A DNA stretch of 64,000 bases from contig NW_005434665.1 of NCBI RefSeq assembly GCF_000315625.1, positions 426,882 to 490,881 of the forward strand, read 5' to 3'. A program made the translations under genes and the position numbers. The notes under the pieces were generated by a model, which had not been told where the DNA came from, made no database searches, and saw nothing but the letters and a program-made list of their open reading frames with translations. Positions 33,929 through 46,039 of the stretch are shown here, one piece after another (position 1 is the stretch's first letter; every line of letters starts with the position of its first letter). Source of the DNA: Guillardia theta CCMP2712. Lineage: Eukaryota > Protista > Cryptophyta.

Positions 33929-34575
33929 GATGGCATGCACAGCCCGAGCTGATGGGGATCTGAAGACATCGCACTGCTGCTCACGAGGGAGCATCAGCAG
34001 TGATGTTGAATGCTCGCCATGCTCATCGTGCGACCTGTCGCCTCTGCCCTCCCTGCGACAAGCACAAACTCAGTGAGAGCAGGAGATGAGGGTAAGGCAA
34101 TAGAGTCGTTCAACCCTTCCTCTCACCCTCCTCCAGCCCACCCCGCTCCCAAAACTCCTGCTCCTCTTTCACCTCTTTCTCCTGCTCCTCCCCCTGCTCC
34201 TGCTCTCTGTAGCTTCAGCCCTGCCCCGCGTTCAAGCCCCACTCGCTCAACAGTTCCTGTTCCATTTCTTCCTCCCTCCTCTTCCGCTGACCCTGCTCTT
34301 CGACCCTGTCCTGTCATGCAGTACCCTGAACCATCTTGCTCTTCCTATTCCTTCCCCCCCACCTCTCTTCTCCTCCCTCCCTCTTCTCCTCCCTCCCTCC
34401 CTCCTCCCTCCGATTTTCTGCTGTTCACCGTCTACACCAGACTGGCTGGAGTAGGGGTATTGCTTTGACCCCTACCCCCATTCTCATATATGATCAGATA
34501 TCAAAGTACCCCTACAATTAAACCCCCCACAAAATAAATTCCCTGTCGAGGTTTCGCACCTAGCAATACGCTGTA

Positions 34576-35403
34576 ATGGCCGCCTGTCGGGGAGCCCTAT
34601 GGCTGCTTGTGATGGCGGCGATGCTAAACGGCAGCGCCTCCTTCTCCACCAGCGTCATGCAACTGAACAGGAAGCAGCAGAGAAGCGCTGCTTGCAGGAT
34701 GGAGATGCTCGCAAAGGACGAGGGACTGGACGCCAAGCACCTTGCTGTGTCTGGTTTGCTGGCACTGGGGATAACGCTTGGTGGGAATTTTCCTTCCGTA
34801 GCAGCGAGTTTGCCAGATTTGACCAGCACGCCCTTGTCTGCAGCAAAAGTCTCGATCGTGCTGGAAGGAACCCCGAGGGTGGTTGACGGAGATACCTTGG
34901 TGTTCCAGACTGGGACTGGCCAGAAAGACCGAGTGAGATTGCTCGGCATCGATGCGCCAGAATCTCGTCAGATGTGCAAGGATGAGAAGGGGTTCCCGTA
35001 TGCCTGCGGCCTTCAGTCGAAGACCTACCTGCAGGACCTGATCAAGAACGACCTCGTCAAGTGCGTCGCCGAGAAGCGCGACATGTACTCAAGGGTGCTT
35101 GGAATCTGTTTTGACGAGAAGACCGGGGTGCAGATCAACGAGAACCTCGTCGAACAAGGTGAGGCTCTTGCCTATCAGCAGTACTCGAAAGTGTACGTGA
35201 AAAATGAAGAGCACGCCAAGTCTGGGAAGCGCGGAGTATGGAAAGGTTCGTTTCAAGAGCCTTGGCAGTACAGGAAAGACAAGCGTAGCAAGCAGGGTGG
35301 TGCATCAAGCAAGGCTGTAGGAAACGAGGTGTCGAAAGTTTCTCTGTCGAACAACAAACCTGTGAGCTCAGCCGACGACTTCGAAACTGACTTTGAGGAG
35401 TAA
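34576..35403 (+). CDS. Staphylococcal nuclease (thermonuclease/SNase) family protein with predicted complex-plastid presequence; intronless
   Basis: VVDGDTL, VRLLGIDAPES, DMYSRVLG, NENLVEQGEA, AKSGKRGVW, EPWQYR; N-terminal signal peptide ending SAS-F. Confidence 0.9.
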   Translation: MAACRGALWLLVMAAMLNGSASFSTSVMQLNRKQQRSAACRMEMLAKDEGLDAKHLAVSGLLALGITLGGNFPSVAASLPDLTSTPLSAAKVSIVLEGTPRVVDGDTLVFQTGTGQKDRVRLLGIDAPESRQMCKDEKGFPYACGLQSKTYLQDLIKNDLVKCVAEKRDMYSRVLGICFDEKTGVQINENLVEQGEALAYQQYSKVYVKNEEHAKSGKRGVWKGSFQEPWQYRKDKRSKQGGASSKAVGNEVSKVSLSNNKPVSSADDFETDFEE

Positions 35404-35603
35404 GATCAGGAATGGTTCTGTAAACACATCCACTGTGGAATTTCTCTGACAATAAAACATTCCGTCGGATTTTCAATTTCACCCAGAAATTCCATTTAAT
35501 AACATCCAAAAGACTCGACAAGTAACATCATGCGATCCGTGACTAGTATGTCGGACCGAAGTCTGTCAAATGTGAGATAACGGAAACTACTTAACCCTTC
35601 CGC

Positions 35604-36809
35604 TCAGTGGTCGACTGATTTGTTCCACTTCGGATGGATGGTTCCCAAGAGTTTGTCCCAGTGCGTAAAGTACAAGCTGAAGTGATAACCAGGGTGCTGA
35701 TGATGGATGTCGTGATGATACACGTCGTTCAAAAGCTTTCTCAAGTCTCCCGACATCCCAGTTGCTGCCCAGAGCAATTGGCTCACGTGCGGAACGTAGG
35801 GGAAAATCTCGTAGCCGCAATGGCCTCCGATGTGAATGGCGATCATCCAAAGCTCGTAGATCCTGTGCAGCTGAATGGGAATGGGAAAGATGAATATTTC
35901 AACCACCGCATTCACAAACATGATGACTGCTTCCAACCTGGGAGGGAAAACATGTCAACATGTCCATCATTGCTCAAGAGTTGATATTCTATGATTGAGA
36001 AACAAAACTGCGGCAATGCGATATCAAACAGGTGTTACAAATTACACAGTTCGCCGCACAATACAACATTTCTCGGGCGGGCAGGAAATTGAAAATCGCA
36101 CGCACAGCTGTAAAAAGAGCTGAAAAAGATCTGGAAGCAAACCAAGAGAAGGAGGTATACAGGACAGACAGCAATGCAACACGAGATATTCTCATCCAAA
36201 ACATGCTAGTGAGTAAGTCAGCACTTACCAATGAAAACTGTAGCCAGAGAACGCGCTAGGATCCTTGGATTGATGGTGGATGTAATGAACATGCTTCATG
36301 AAGTACGGATAGTGAAGTAGCCGATGAAAGAAGTAAAACCAGGTATCATGAAAAACATCCAAGAGAAATATCATCAAGATAGAATGGAACACGTTGAATG
36401 GGGATTGAAAGTATTCCGATAGATCATCGTTCTTAAGTACCCCGTACCCTTTGTTATGCAGCATCTGTGCTAAGTACAACATGAACGCGCGGATGCTGAC
36501 CGGTATCACGCTTTGGATCGCATCTCTCACTGTGTCGGCATCGTTCTGCTTCTTACCCCCTCTCACGCTCCTCACCGGAAAGATCCTCGGCACACCAAAG
36601 TGCAAAAGACATGAGATTCCATAGTACACCAAGAAAGTAGCCGCAAAGATGCTTACGAACCCAGAGTCCAACAGGTAGAGCGATTCTGACGGCTTCCAGG
36701 AGCCTCCATACACTCCATGGCTTCCTTGCTCTATCAGGATGCTGCTGTCCGGCTCATGGCTCTGCATGTGCGCGCCCTCGTGGCTCAGGTTGGCGCCGTG
36801 CTCAACCAT
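35604..36809 (-). CDS. Fatty acid hydroxylase/sterol desaturase family protein (ERG3/lathosterol oxidase-like)
   Basis: His boxes FHRLLH, HYIHH, HHDIHH; SAFSGYSFH|WLEA; YFTHWDKLLGT; one intron of about 290 nt. Confidence 0.9.
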
Positions 36810-37090
36810 CGTGGCAGTCAGAATCCTTTACAGGGGCCGACCGTTACATGTTTATAAGTGAGGCCGTTACTGACGTACCCGTTACTCGACGTTGCGTTTG
36901 TCAGCAAATTTGGCGGGTGTTGAACTGAAAAGTGAAAATACACCTGAAAATTTGAATTATCGCTTCAAACTTGTTTAACGCTCTCTGGCTCATACCCGGC
37001 ATGCTCAGCAGTGAAAGGAGCAAGTTCCTATGGCCGGACTTCGACGCAGGCCATGCAGGCGCTGCTTCTTCCACTCCTCCTCATACATCC

Positions 37091-38001
37091 ATGTTCAGCA
37101 TGAAGCCCAGACAGCCGAAACCCGCCCCTGCTCGTGCATCCGAGGTGCCGTTGACGTCAAACCCAAATGTGCAGGCCAAGGAGTCGGTCAAACCAGCATC
37201 GATCCCGCCGATGGCAAATGAGGTACTGAGGCGACCTCTTCCTTGGGACCTTCAGTTCCTGACAAGTTGCATGCGCCAGGCCAAGAGGCAACCAACACAG
37301 ATCAAGACCGAACCCGTCAGACCCAGGAATGACAAAAATGACAAGCCAAAGACTCGCCCCTCGTTGTCTGAGCAGGTTGTGAAAGTTCAGTGTCTCGTGC
37401 TCACGCTCATGCTCTGCAAAGCTTGCAAGGGTTTCCATGAAGACGGACATCATCACGTCTTGCCTGAAGCAATCAATACTAAAAGACGGAGGCAGCACTG
37501 AAACCCCGAAACTGCTTGTTTACTGTAATTGCTTCCAAGTAGGCAGCTCATCCAGTCAGGTGATCAGACCTGCGTTGGGAAGAGACTCGATCTAACTTGT
37601 CGAAAGTTCTCATCCCCAGTCCAATTCTTCAGTGACAAGTGTAAATATGCTTTCCATCATCCAAAGAAGGAACGGATAGACATGGAGATGTTCTACAAGG
37701 ACATGGTGCAATACAGCTGCGATGACAAGAAGCGTTCGTTCGTCTTCAAGATCAGACGTCAGCTCGGTAAAGAATATATGTGATGCTCAATCACCCGAAG
37801 CTAACGCGCATCCCTTTCAGAACACTTTCCGTTTGAGTACGAACCAAATCGCCCTGACCACTTCCTTTCCATCACCTTCTCCAGACAAGACTACATTTCG
37901 TGAGAGCTCATTCCCTCTGAACCTTTGACATGCAATGATTATTGCGTTGTTTTTGCAGATTCAAAAGCAGAATCTTCCCCATCGTGGGCCAAGGACGATG
38001 A
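37091..38001 (+). CDS. Hypothetical multi-exon protein
   Basis: Exons MFSMKPRQPKPA..., QFFSDKCKYAFHHPKKERIDMEMFYKDM, RSFVFKIRRQL|EHFPFEYEPNRPDHFLSITF, FKSRIFPIVGQGR*. Confidence 0.5.
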
Positions 38002-38099
38002 TAGTACAAACATCCACGATTTTTGTTGTCAACCGCAATCTTCCCTCAAAGTTTTTCGAATCTCATCACCTAGCTGTACAAAGAATATTTGCATCCTAT

Positions 38100-39393
38100 T
38101 TTACGACGATCTCCATGTCCTCTCAGGACGTCGAGGCATCTTTAGACCTGAATGAAGCAAATCAAACCAAAAGTCTCCAACGCAGACCAACTCAAGAGGT
38201 CACGTTGGGGTTGTGAAAGAAGAGTCATCCAGAGTGAAGTCATCAAGAAGTATGCTCTCTGCTGTGTTGAGTCAGGATTGTATCTAGTGAGAATGCAAGA
38301 AACAATGCGCTGTACCCGATATCTCTTCATCCCAGTTGGGCGGCCTTTACATCATCAAGTCACTACCTTCCCAGGATGCAAGAAAAGATACTCACAGCGG
38401 AGATCTTGGAGATAATCCGCTCCGCGGTCCTCCCGTTGCAAACCCACTGGGTGCTTCACTGCGAACTGAAGCCTGCCACTTCTTGTCAGGATATCGCTAG
38501 GTGGAGGAGTGCCCATACTGGTGATCGCAACATATCTCGCCCCCTGTGAGGAACGGCATTCAGGGCATTCCAATTTCCAGCATGCCAGGGGATACCTTCG
38601 GATAGATTCGATCCCCACTGAGTTCAGCAGGTGGTCTTGCGTTATGTTGGCATTGCTGGTGCTGTCGGAGTCGTGCAGAAGTGCGGTTGGTGGCACCGTG
38701 CTTCCACCGGCAAGGCCGCCTTCTGCAAGGTAGAGAACCGTCACGCAAGCAGGAGGAAGCGAGCAATCAATGTCAGGGTACCAGGTGTGCAAGGCGAGCT
38801 CTTACACTCCTCATCAAGCTGCTGTCAAGAGCGGTTCAGGACATGACCCGCACACCAGGTCAAAAACGTGTATCAAGACACACCTTGCTCTCGTTGGCTG
38901 TAAGGTTGAGAGCTGGCGCCTCCTCCAAGAAAGATTCGGGTGGGATGCGCTCCCTTGATCTCACTCCTAAGGGCGCAAGACGATAATCCGTCTGATCATT
39001 CCTGCCATGTGACTGGATCGGCCTGATGAATTCTGATACCTCTGTTGGCAAGGCCTGTGGAAACGATGTGAGGAGCTTCTTTGGCACTCGATGGATATCG
39101 GTCGTGTGACCTCAGCTACATCATTCCTAGATGAAACTGCGTTGATTCGCCTACTTGCTGTTGGAACGTGTACTGATGAAGGGGCTCGGTTGCTCTTTTT
39201 GCAGTTCACACCAATGTGCCTGCATCAGCGACTGCTCGTGAGCGGCGCACAGCCAAGGAGGGGTGTGGAGGGAGCAGTCAAACGACAAGCTTACCAATCG
39301 GAGAGGACCAGTCCCGCCAGAATGAGAATGAGGCACTCGGAACGAGCCATCCAGCTCCGGTGCTCGATCCTGAGCCAAGAGCGTGGGGTCCAA
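38100..39393 (-). CDS. Hypothetical multi-exon protein
   Basis: Open segments such as WYPDIDCSLPPACVTVLYL...YPLACWKLECPECRSS with flanking splice sites. No family recognised; ends are approximate. Confidence 0.35.
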
Positions 39394-39614
39394 AGACGGA
39401 GATGGAGACGATCACAGGGGAAGAGGCTGGAGCTCAACCTGTCGAGATCTCATCTGGTCCTCGCTGAGGCTGCTTCCTCACTCCTCAACGTGCTCGCCCC
39501 CCTCCCTCATCCTCCTTCCCTTCCTTCCATCCTCGATCCCACATGGACCATCGAGTTGCGCCGAGTTGGGTTGCGGGCCAACCCCTTCCACAATGAAAGA
39601 AGGAAAAGAACCTA

Positions 39615-39830
39615 CCGGGGCCGTACTACAGGCCCCCCGGGCCGTCACTGACCCGGAGTCACTGAGTCAGTCACATGATCCGATCAGTCACTAGCCGCGC
39701 AGCGGCCGGGTCACCGGTACTGACAGTGAGTGACACCGCTTCAAGGCTTGGGCCCGGCGGCCGCACTGACTCAGTGACCCGGCGACTCAGTCTCGCCGTG
39801 ACCGGCGGTCACCGTTGAGACTCGGAAAAA
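39615..39830. repeat. GC-rich intergenic island with TGA(C/G)TCA pseudo-palindromes
   Basis: ACTGAGTCAGT at 39661-39671, CACTGACTCAGTG at 39764-39776, and many GTCAC/GTGAC words. Confidence 0.65.
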
Positions 39831-40147
39831 GGGATGAAAAGATTCAAGAGGGTAAGATTTTGAAATTTGACATACGTAGTAGTACACGCCTCTGAGAGCC
39901 GCGTCAGACGACTGGCCCGCGAGAAACTTGAAGGCTTCGAAAGAAAGAAAGGGGGGGAGGAATGGGCAGCACTACGCTGACAGCGAACTTGTGGCGACAT
40001 GACAGGGGGCGTGAGGCACCTGGTTGCGGGGCCTCTAGAGCAACTCATCGTGCAGCCTGTCGGTGACAAGAAGTGAGAGGAACAGAGGAGGAGGAGGAGG
40101 AGGAGGAGGAGGAGGAGGAGGAGGAGGAGGAGGAGGAGGAGTCGGCA

Positions 40148-43100
40148 TCACCTCTGTATCGCATCCACGAACTTCTTTGGGGTGAGCATGTCGGTCCCTC
40201 CTATCAGGATCATCCTGCCGAGGCTCTACCAGCAGCTTCAGCGGCCCGCAGAACTTTGCGGTCAAGTCGAGCTCAACGACCTGAGAGACATGATACGCCG
40301 CTCGCATTTCTGAGTAGGTAACTCCTCCCACCACGAACACGATCAGAGGCGATCTGATCGCCTGCTGCTTCCCCTCCTCCTCCTTCTCCTCCTTCATGTC
40401 TGTTCAGCTAGCCGTCAGGTCTTCCTCCCTCTCGCCTCCCACCCCCGCGTTGGAAACTTTACATGTCCTCGGTCGACTTCTGGTCGACATTCCTAAGGTG
40501 ATAGCGTCTAGTTCCGAGCTTGTGTTCTTCGGGCGATCTTGTCCTGGGGTACATCAGTCTCTCTGCTTCAGCCGTCCCACCCCTGCCTCTGCAACCTCCC
40601 TCCCTCCCTCCCTCCCTCCCTCCCCTCCTTCTCTGCCTCCTCCTTCACGCTACCTGTCGATACAGCATCTGCATCCTCGGGGTTTACAGTAGGGAACGAC
40701 TGTATCGGTAGTTTGCTGTCCGTCAACAGCTCGAGCAACTCCTGCAGAGGAGGACGATATCGTGAGATGTTGTAGGAGACGTCTCCGGTCTTCTCCTTGG
40801 AGCCCCACTTGAGAAACTTCCTCCTGCACTCTACAGTGAGCAGGGAGAGGAGTGAGAGGAGCAGGCCGGACATGGAGGATCTGCTGGAAGCCGGTGTGGA
40901 GATTTGAATCAGCGAGTCGAGGTTGGCGATCAACTGCTCAACAAGTTCAGGGGAGGAGAGGGGAGACGAAGGACGGCAGGAGGGGGGGGGGGCAGAGGGG
41001 ACACGAAGGAGGGCAGAAGGGGGAGAGGAAGGAGGGCAGAAGAGGGGGAGGGGGAAGGGGGAAAAGGGAAGGAGAGGAGAGGAGCAGCTAGTGATGGGGT
41101 TACATGTGCATAATGCTGCGCTTCAGCCATGCCCAGCAACTGATCGATGAGGGTCTCGCCCTGGTTGTCTTGCTGCTGCGGATTTCTCTCCTGCCCTTCA
41201 AGTCAGCAGCCTGGAGGCTCATGGTTCTTGTCGACCATCGTCAGGAAGTAGATGAGGATAAGCCTCAGCTTGTCTGAGATCTGCCAAACTCTGACAAGCA
41301 GCACGGCGGTCTGAGGAAGAGCCTCGTACCTCGATCGTCTTGTCCACCAGCAGGGTAGACAGCCCCGTGGTGACCGAATTCCTCTTGACAGCCTGAGGCA
41401 CAAAGAGGATGTGAGAGGAATTTTCAGCTCCAACTGGCGGGAGAGGACCTTCCCCTCCGCGTCCTGATGGCAGGACATGTTCTGTTCCCACGTGGCGATG
41501 TCCTCTAGCTTGAGATCGTTGAACCTGCTCCTTCCTCATCAGCGGTGTGCGGCGTTCTCCCTTCCCTCCCACTTCGACATGCACTTCCTGACTACATCCA
41601 TGTGCAACGAGTACTTCCCCACGAGCTCCTGCAGGAGACGGTCAGCGCTCCTCCTCCTCCTCACGAGGCTCGTTCCTTGTACTGCGGCATCGCCTGGATG
41701 GCTTCTGCCATCTCCTTCAGCTCGCGCACTCCTCCCCTCACCATCCCCACGGCCTGTGGCCAACACGTCACAAGGAGCAGCAGGGGAGCCTCGCTCCTCG
41801 CCTTGTTCTCTGAAGCGAACCTGTTGAACTCGTTGAGCACAAACTCGATCGTGTCAGCGATGTGCATGTGCTTGATACGCGGCCAGAGCGGGTCCGTGTC
41901 GTTGAGCAACACCTCCTTCTCCACCTGCTGCCCACCAGCCCCCGAGAAGGAATACTTGTATTTGTCCCCCTGTATCTCCAGGAGGTCTTGCGCCATGGCC
42001 TGATGCTGCAAGTCAGGAGGGAGGGGAAGGGGGGCAAGGGGAGGCAGCCTGGTAGGTGAACTCGTGGAGGAGAGGAGAGAGTAGGTCGCCGCATCGGTCA
42101 ACGATGAGGAACTGCGTCATTGTGAGTCAGCCCCTCCTCCAGCTCCGTCTCAGCATCAACAGTCGTCTTCTCCGTCGCCGAGTTGAACCAGAGGCCGATG
42201 TTGGATGACTCTGCCTGTTTCTCCAGGCGGTCCTGACGTTGCAGGGGTCACCCCCGTGCCGCTCTTGCAGAGCAGGTGGGTTACCAGCTGGAGTTCAAGA
42301 GCTCGAGCGATGACCTCCGAGACATCCGAGTGTGGGGGGGTCGTCGCGCGGTACCTCACGATAGGCCGAACCCCTAGCGAGACGCTGCGATAGGGGTCAA
42401 CGGGCCACGGAGCCTACACTCACGACTCACCACAGGGTTGCCAGTCGATTCGCTATCATCATCTGCATGCTTGACTGCCCGATCAAGTCAAACGCTTGCT
42501 AGGGCAGGACTCCGCTCACCCTCTCCTCCTGCTTCGCCTTCCCGAACATGACGTGGAAGGCCTGAGGCAGATCGAGAGAGAAGACCTGCGAGCAAGAGCG
42601 GTTCAGGCTGACGAGGGAGGACGGCGAGGTCAACTCGACCTGCGACTCCATCGCAAGATATTCCGTGTTGAGCACCTTGAATGTCTTGAGACGATCCAGT
42701 AATAGCTTGCACTGCCGATATGTATTCACACAACGAGCTGATTCGGCAAACTACCCTTCACACTTGTTTGATGGGGAATAAAGTCTCATCCGTGGGCTGC
42801 GAGGTAAAATACACATGCGCCGCTGCATACCTACAGCATCAACTCAGCAGCAAGATTGTTAAAAAACAGCCTTCTTCCTGGAACTACACACTTAAAACTT
42901 TTCCTCCCGACAAGACAGATACATTCGCCTTCCCATTTTCCATGAGACTCACTTTGGCGGTTTTCCTTCTTGGAAATCAGAGCACAATCTTTTCACGGAG
43001 CTCCACTGGAGTAGTCAGAATCACTGGGGTCTTGTTAGAAGCAGCCTCCTCGAGTTACCGAAGGCGTCAGGAAGTAGATGGCATGCATATTCGGCATTGG

Positions 43101-43505
43101 TTGCCGGTCGAGCTCGACATTTTCGATGAGCGAAATTCCTTCCTCGGTCATTTCAGACAGCCTGCTTCAAGTTTGAAATTCATAGATAGCCGTAGCGAAA
43201 ACTCAACCTGCAAGCAGTGCTGACAACCCGCACTGAGTTGCCGTCGACGACCAAGACCTTCCAGTCTTGATCGGCGCAAGTCTGCGGATCAAAGCATGAG
43301 ATCAAGGATGAGAGTGAGGCTTCATTCACTTGCACTTCGACTTCACGTTACCTCAACTCAGAATTCTTGCCCATCCCACCCCACCCCACTGCCTCCTGCT
43401 CCTGCTCCTCCTCCTGCTCCTGCTCCTGCTCCTCCTGCTGCTCCTCCTCCTGCTGCTCCTGCTCCTCCTCATCCTGCTCCTGCTCCTGCTGCTCCTCCTG
43501 CTGCT

Positions 43506-43565
<60 letters not shown>

Positions 43566-43695
43566 CCTCCTGCTCCTGCTCCTGCTCCTCATCCTCATCC
43601 TGATCCTGCTCCTGCTCCTCCTCCTCCTCCTCCTCCCTCACCGTCTTTGCCATAGTGATCAACCGATCAGCCGTGAGGCTGCGGAGATCCGCCAT
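40148..43695 (-). CDS. SEC1: Sec1/Munc18 family SNARE regulator (exocytic Sec1 type), many introns
   Basis: WKVLVVD, QPMPNMHAIYFLTP, YAAAHVYFT, FLIVDRCGDLLSPLLHEFTYQ|AMAQDLL, KEVLLNDTDPLW..IKHMHIA, KYSLHMD, DKLRLILIY, YNISRYRP, LIVFVVGGVTYSEMRAAY, ILIGGT.MLTP. Confidence 0.95.
43390..43640. repeat. (CTCCTG)n/(CCT)n intronic repeat in the first Sec1 intron
   Basis: Read directly. Confidence 0.95.
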
Positions 43696-43825
43696 GGACG
43701 ATAACCTGTAAAAGCTAAAACAAAAAGCCTAACTAAAACAAACTTGGAAAGAAAATATTTTAGATGACTCGATTTTTGAAATATCGATGAGCTAATTTTA
43801 AAGGAAACTCATAAGCCGGGCGGCC

Positions 43826-45936
43826 ATGTCAGACCGATCGATGGCGATGGCTCGTCTCCTGCCGCTGCTGCTGCTGCTCCAGCTGGCATGCCCGTGCCTC
43901 GCCTTCCTCCTCTCCTCTCCTACGAGACTCCCTCACTTGTCTCCTGCTGCTTCATCCTCGCGACTCGTGCGGTATGGGAGGAAGGAAAGGGGCCTTGCTT
44001 TGCGCCCGGCCTTGACAGTTTGCGCCTCAAGCGACGGGCTCTTATCATGGGCGAGCGAGAATGGCGCGAAGTTGACATGCGCTGTGGGGCCTGGTGGTAT
44101 GACCCTGACGCAGGACGTGAAATCTAACTCGGTCGTCTGCTCCATCCCATCGAAGCTCTTCCTTTCGAGAAGCACTACCAGGGCAGCTTTCGGCAGCATG
44201 GCGGACAAACTTGACGTGAGAACTGCCATGGCGCTTCAGATTCTCTACGAAAAGTCCAAGAAGGAAGAAAGCTTCTGGTGTGAATGGCTGAAAGTTTTGC
44301 CGGACAGAGAGAATCTCGGCACTCCCTGCCTGTGGCCTGAAGACGACCAGAACCTCCTCAAGGGCACCAGCGTGTTCGAAGAGGTGGAGGCGAGCAAGAG
44401 CTTGTACTCAAAGGCCTTCGAGTCTCTCTCCTCCTCTGGTTGGGACTCCAAGATCCCCACTGAATTCTTCAACCTCGAGAGCTTCGAGTGGGCCATGGAG
44501 GTCGTTCGTTCCCGCTCCGTCGCCTTCCCCAAGTTTGACGACGGTCTGGTCCTGGCTCCTGTCGCTGACTTCTCCTTGGCGGGGAAGCTCGGAAGGGATA
44601 CAATCTCTTGCGGGTATGAGGGCTTGTTCAGGGAGCCGAGGGTGACCGTCCAGTCTGTGGCGGGTGGAAAGAGCGGGTCGCCAATAGCGGTGAACTTCAT
44701 GGGGAAGAGTCCTTCCTCGATGCTCTTGGATCACGGCGTCGCCAACCCGAACAAGGAGGAGGGAGAGTTCAAAGTGTCTTTTGCAGTGTCCTCGCTCGAT
44801 CGATTCTTTGACGACAAGGCGGATATCCTTGAGCAGGAGGGCCTGACGACAGAGATGGTAGGTTGAGAGCTGGAATGCGGGTGAAAGAGAAGCAAAGAGA
44901 TCTGGAGCTCGAGAAGAAGGAGCGGAGGATATCGGGGGAGGGGATGGATGGAAGGGAGAGAGCGAGACTTAAGTTTCTGACGCTCTTCTATGCAGACGTT
45001 CACACTGAAGGCTGATGGAACTCTGGATGAATACCTCCTCCCGTTCATGCGATTAGTGTGCATTCAGAGCTTCGATGCGTTCTTGCTGGAGTCTGTATTC
45101 CGTCAGGTCCCGCAGCCTTGCGCTTCCCCTGCTGTCTGAACTACTTTCGTCTGCAGGAGGTCTGGGGCTTCGTCAACCTGCCAGTAACTACATACGACGG
45201 GCCTTGCGGTACCTGACAGGCTGATTGCAAGGTCAGTAAGGACAATGAGAAGCTGATGTTGGAAACTTTGATCGCGACGGTGAGCCGCTTTCATACTTGC
45301 CCGACCTGACGTCCTGCCGCAAGTTCGAGGGCGCTCTTGACGACATCGGCTCCTCGGGTCGTGGACTTGACCTGTACTGAGTCTTGCAGCCTCCCTGACC
45401 CCTGTGCTCAGAATCAGAGGATATGTCCATCGTCAGGGATGCATCGTCGACTTACCGACAGGTCCAGGTCTGTCATGAGACAGTCTGGCTGTTCCACGCA
45501 CGTCATGATGCCGCGGATGTCACAGGCTGCCTACGTTAGGATCGGAGAGAGGAGCGCGCTGAAGAAGACGATCTACCTGCTCGAACAGGTGGACGCTTGC
45601 TGGACTCTGCAGATCTCGAAGTGCTTTCCAAACGTGTAGCTGAGAGGTTGAGCAGGAGATGGAAGAAATGGATTCAAAGGAGTACTACCAGGAGAGACGT
45701 GAGTCGACCTCCTTGACGCTGGCTGGAACTGAAGTAGGTTTCTACGCAGGTTTGAAGTCTTTGAATCTCGACAGGTAAGAGGAGGAGGAGGAGGAGGAGG
45801 AGGAGGAGGAGGAGGAGGAGGAGGAGGAGGAAAAGAGTTTGTGACAAGTTTGGGTGTCAGGCCGGTAGACGAGTCCGAGATCGTCGATCCCAATGTGGAG
45901 TTCGGCCGCGAGAGGGATGCTCCATGGATGAGATGA
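43826..45936 (+). CDS. Plastid-targeted Rubisco large-subunit N-methyltransferase (LSMT)-like SET-domain protein
   Basis: Signal peptide ...PCLA-F; FEWAMEVVRSRS, LVLAPVADF, DRFFDDKADILE, DAFLLESVFR|QEVWG, AAYVRIGER, KEYYQER|RLKSLNL. Confidence 0.88.
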
Positions 45937-46039
45937 ATATGCACACTCAGCCGAAGCTAGAGAAGTTAGTGAAAAAATATTGTTCTCAATCCGATAACCG
46001 TAGCGATGAGCGACATGTAACGCCGATTCTGATATCACT

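Noticed and set aside
43296-43704. Poly-Leu, RS-repeat, Cys-Ser and EQ-repeat ORFs
   Set aside because: Frames of the Sec1 first-intron repeat; not SR or metallothionein proteins.
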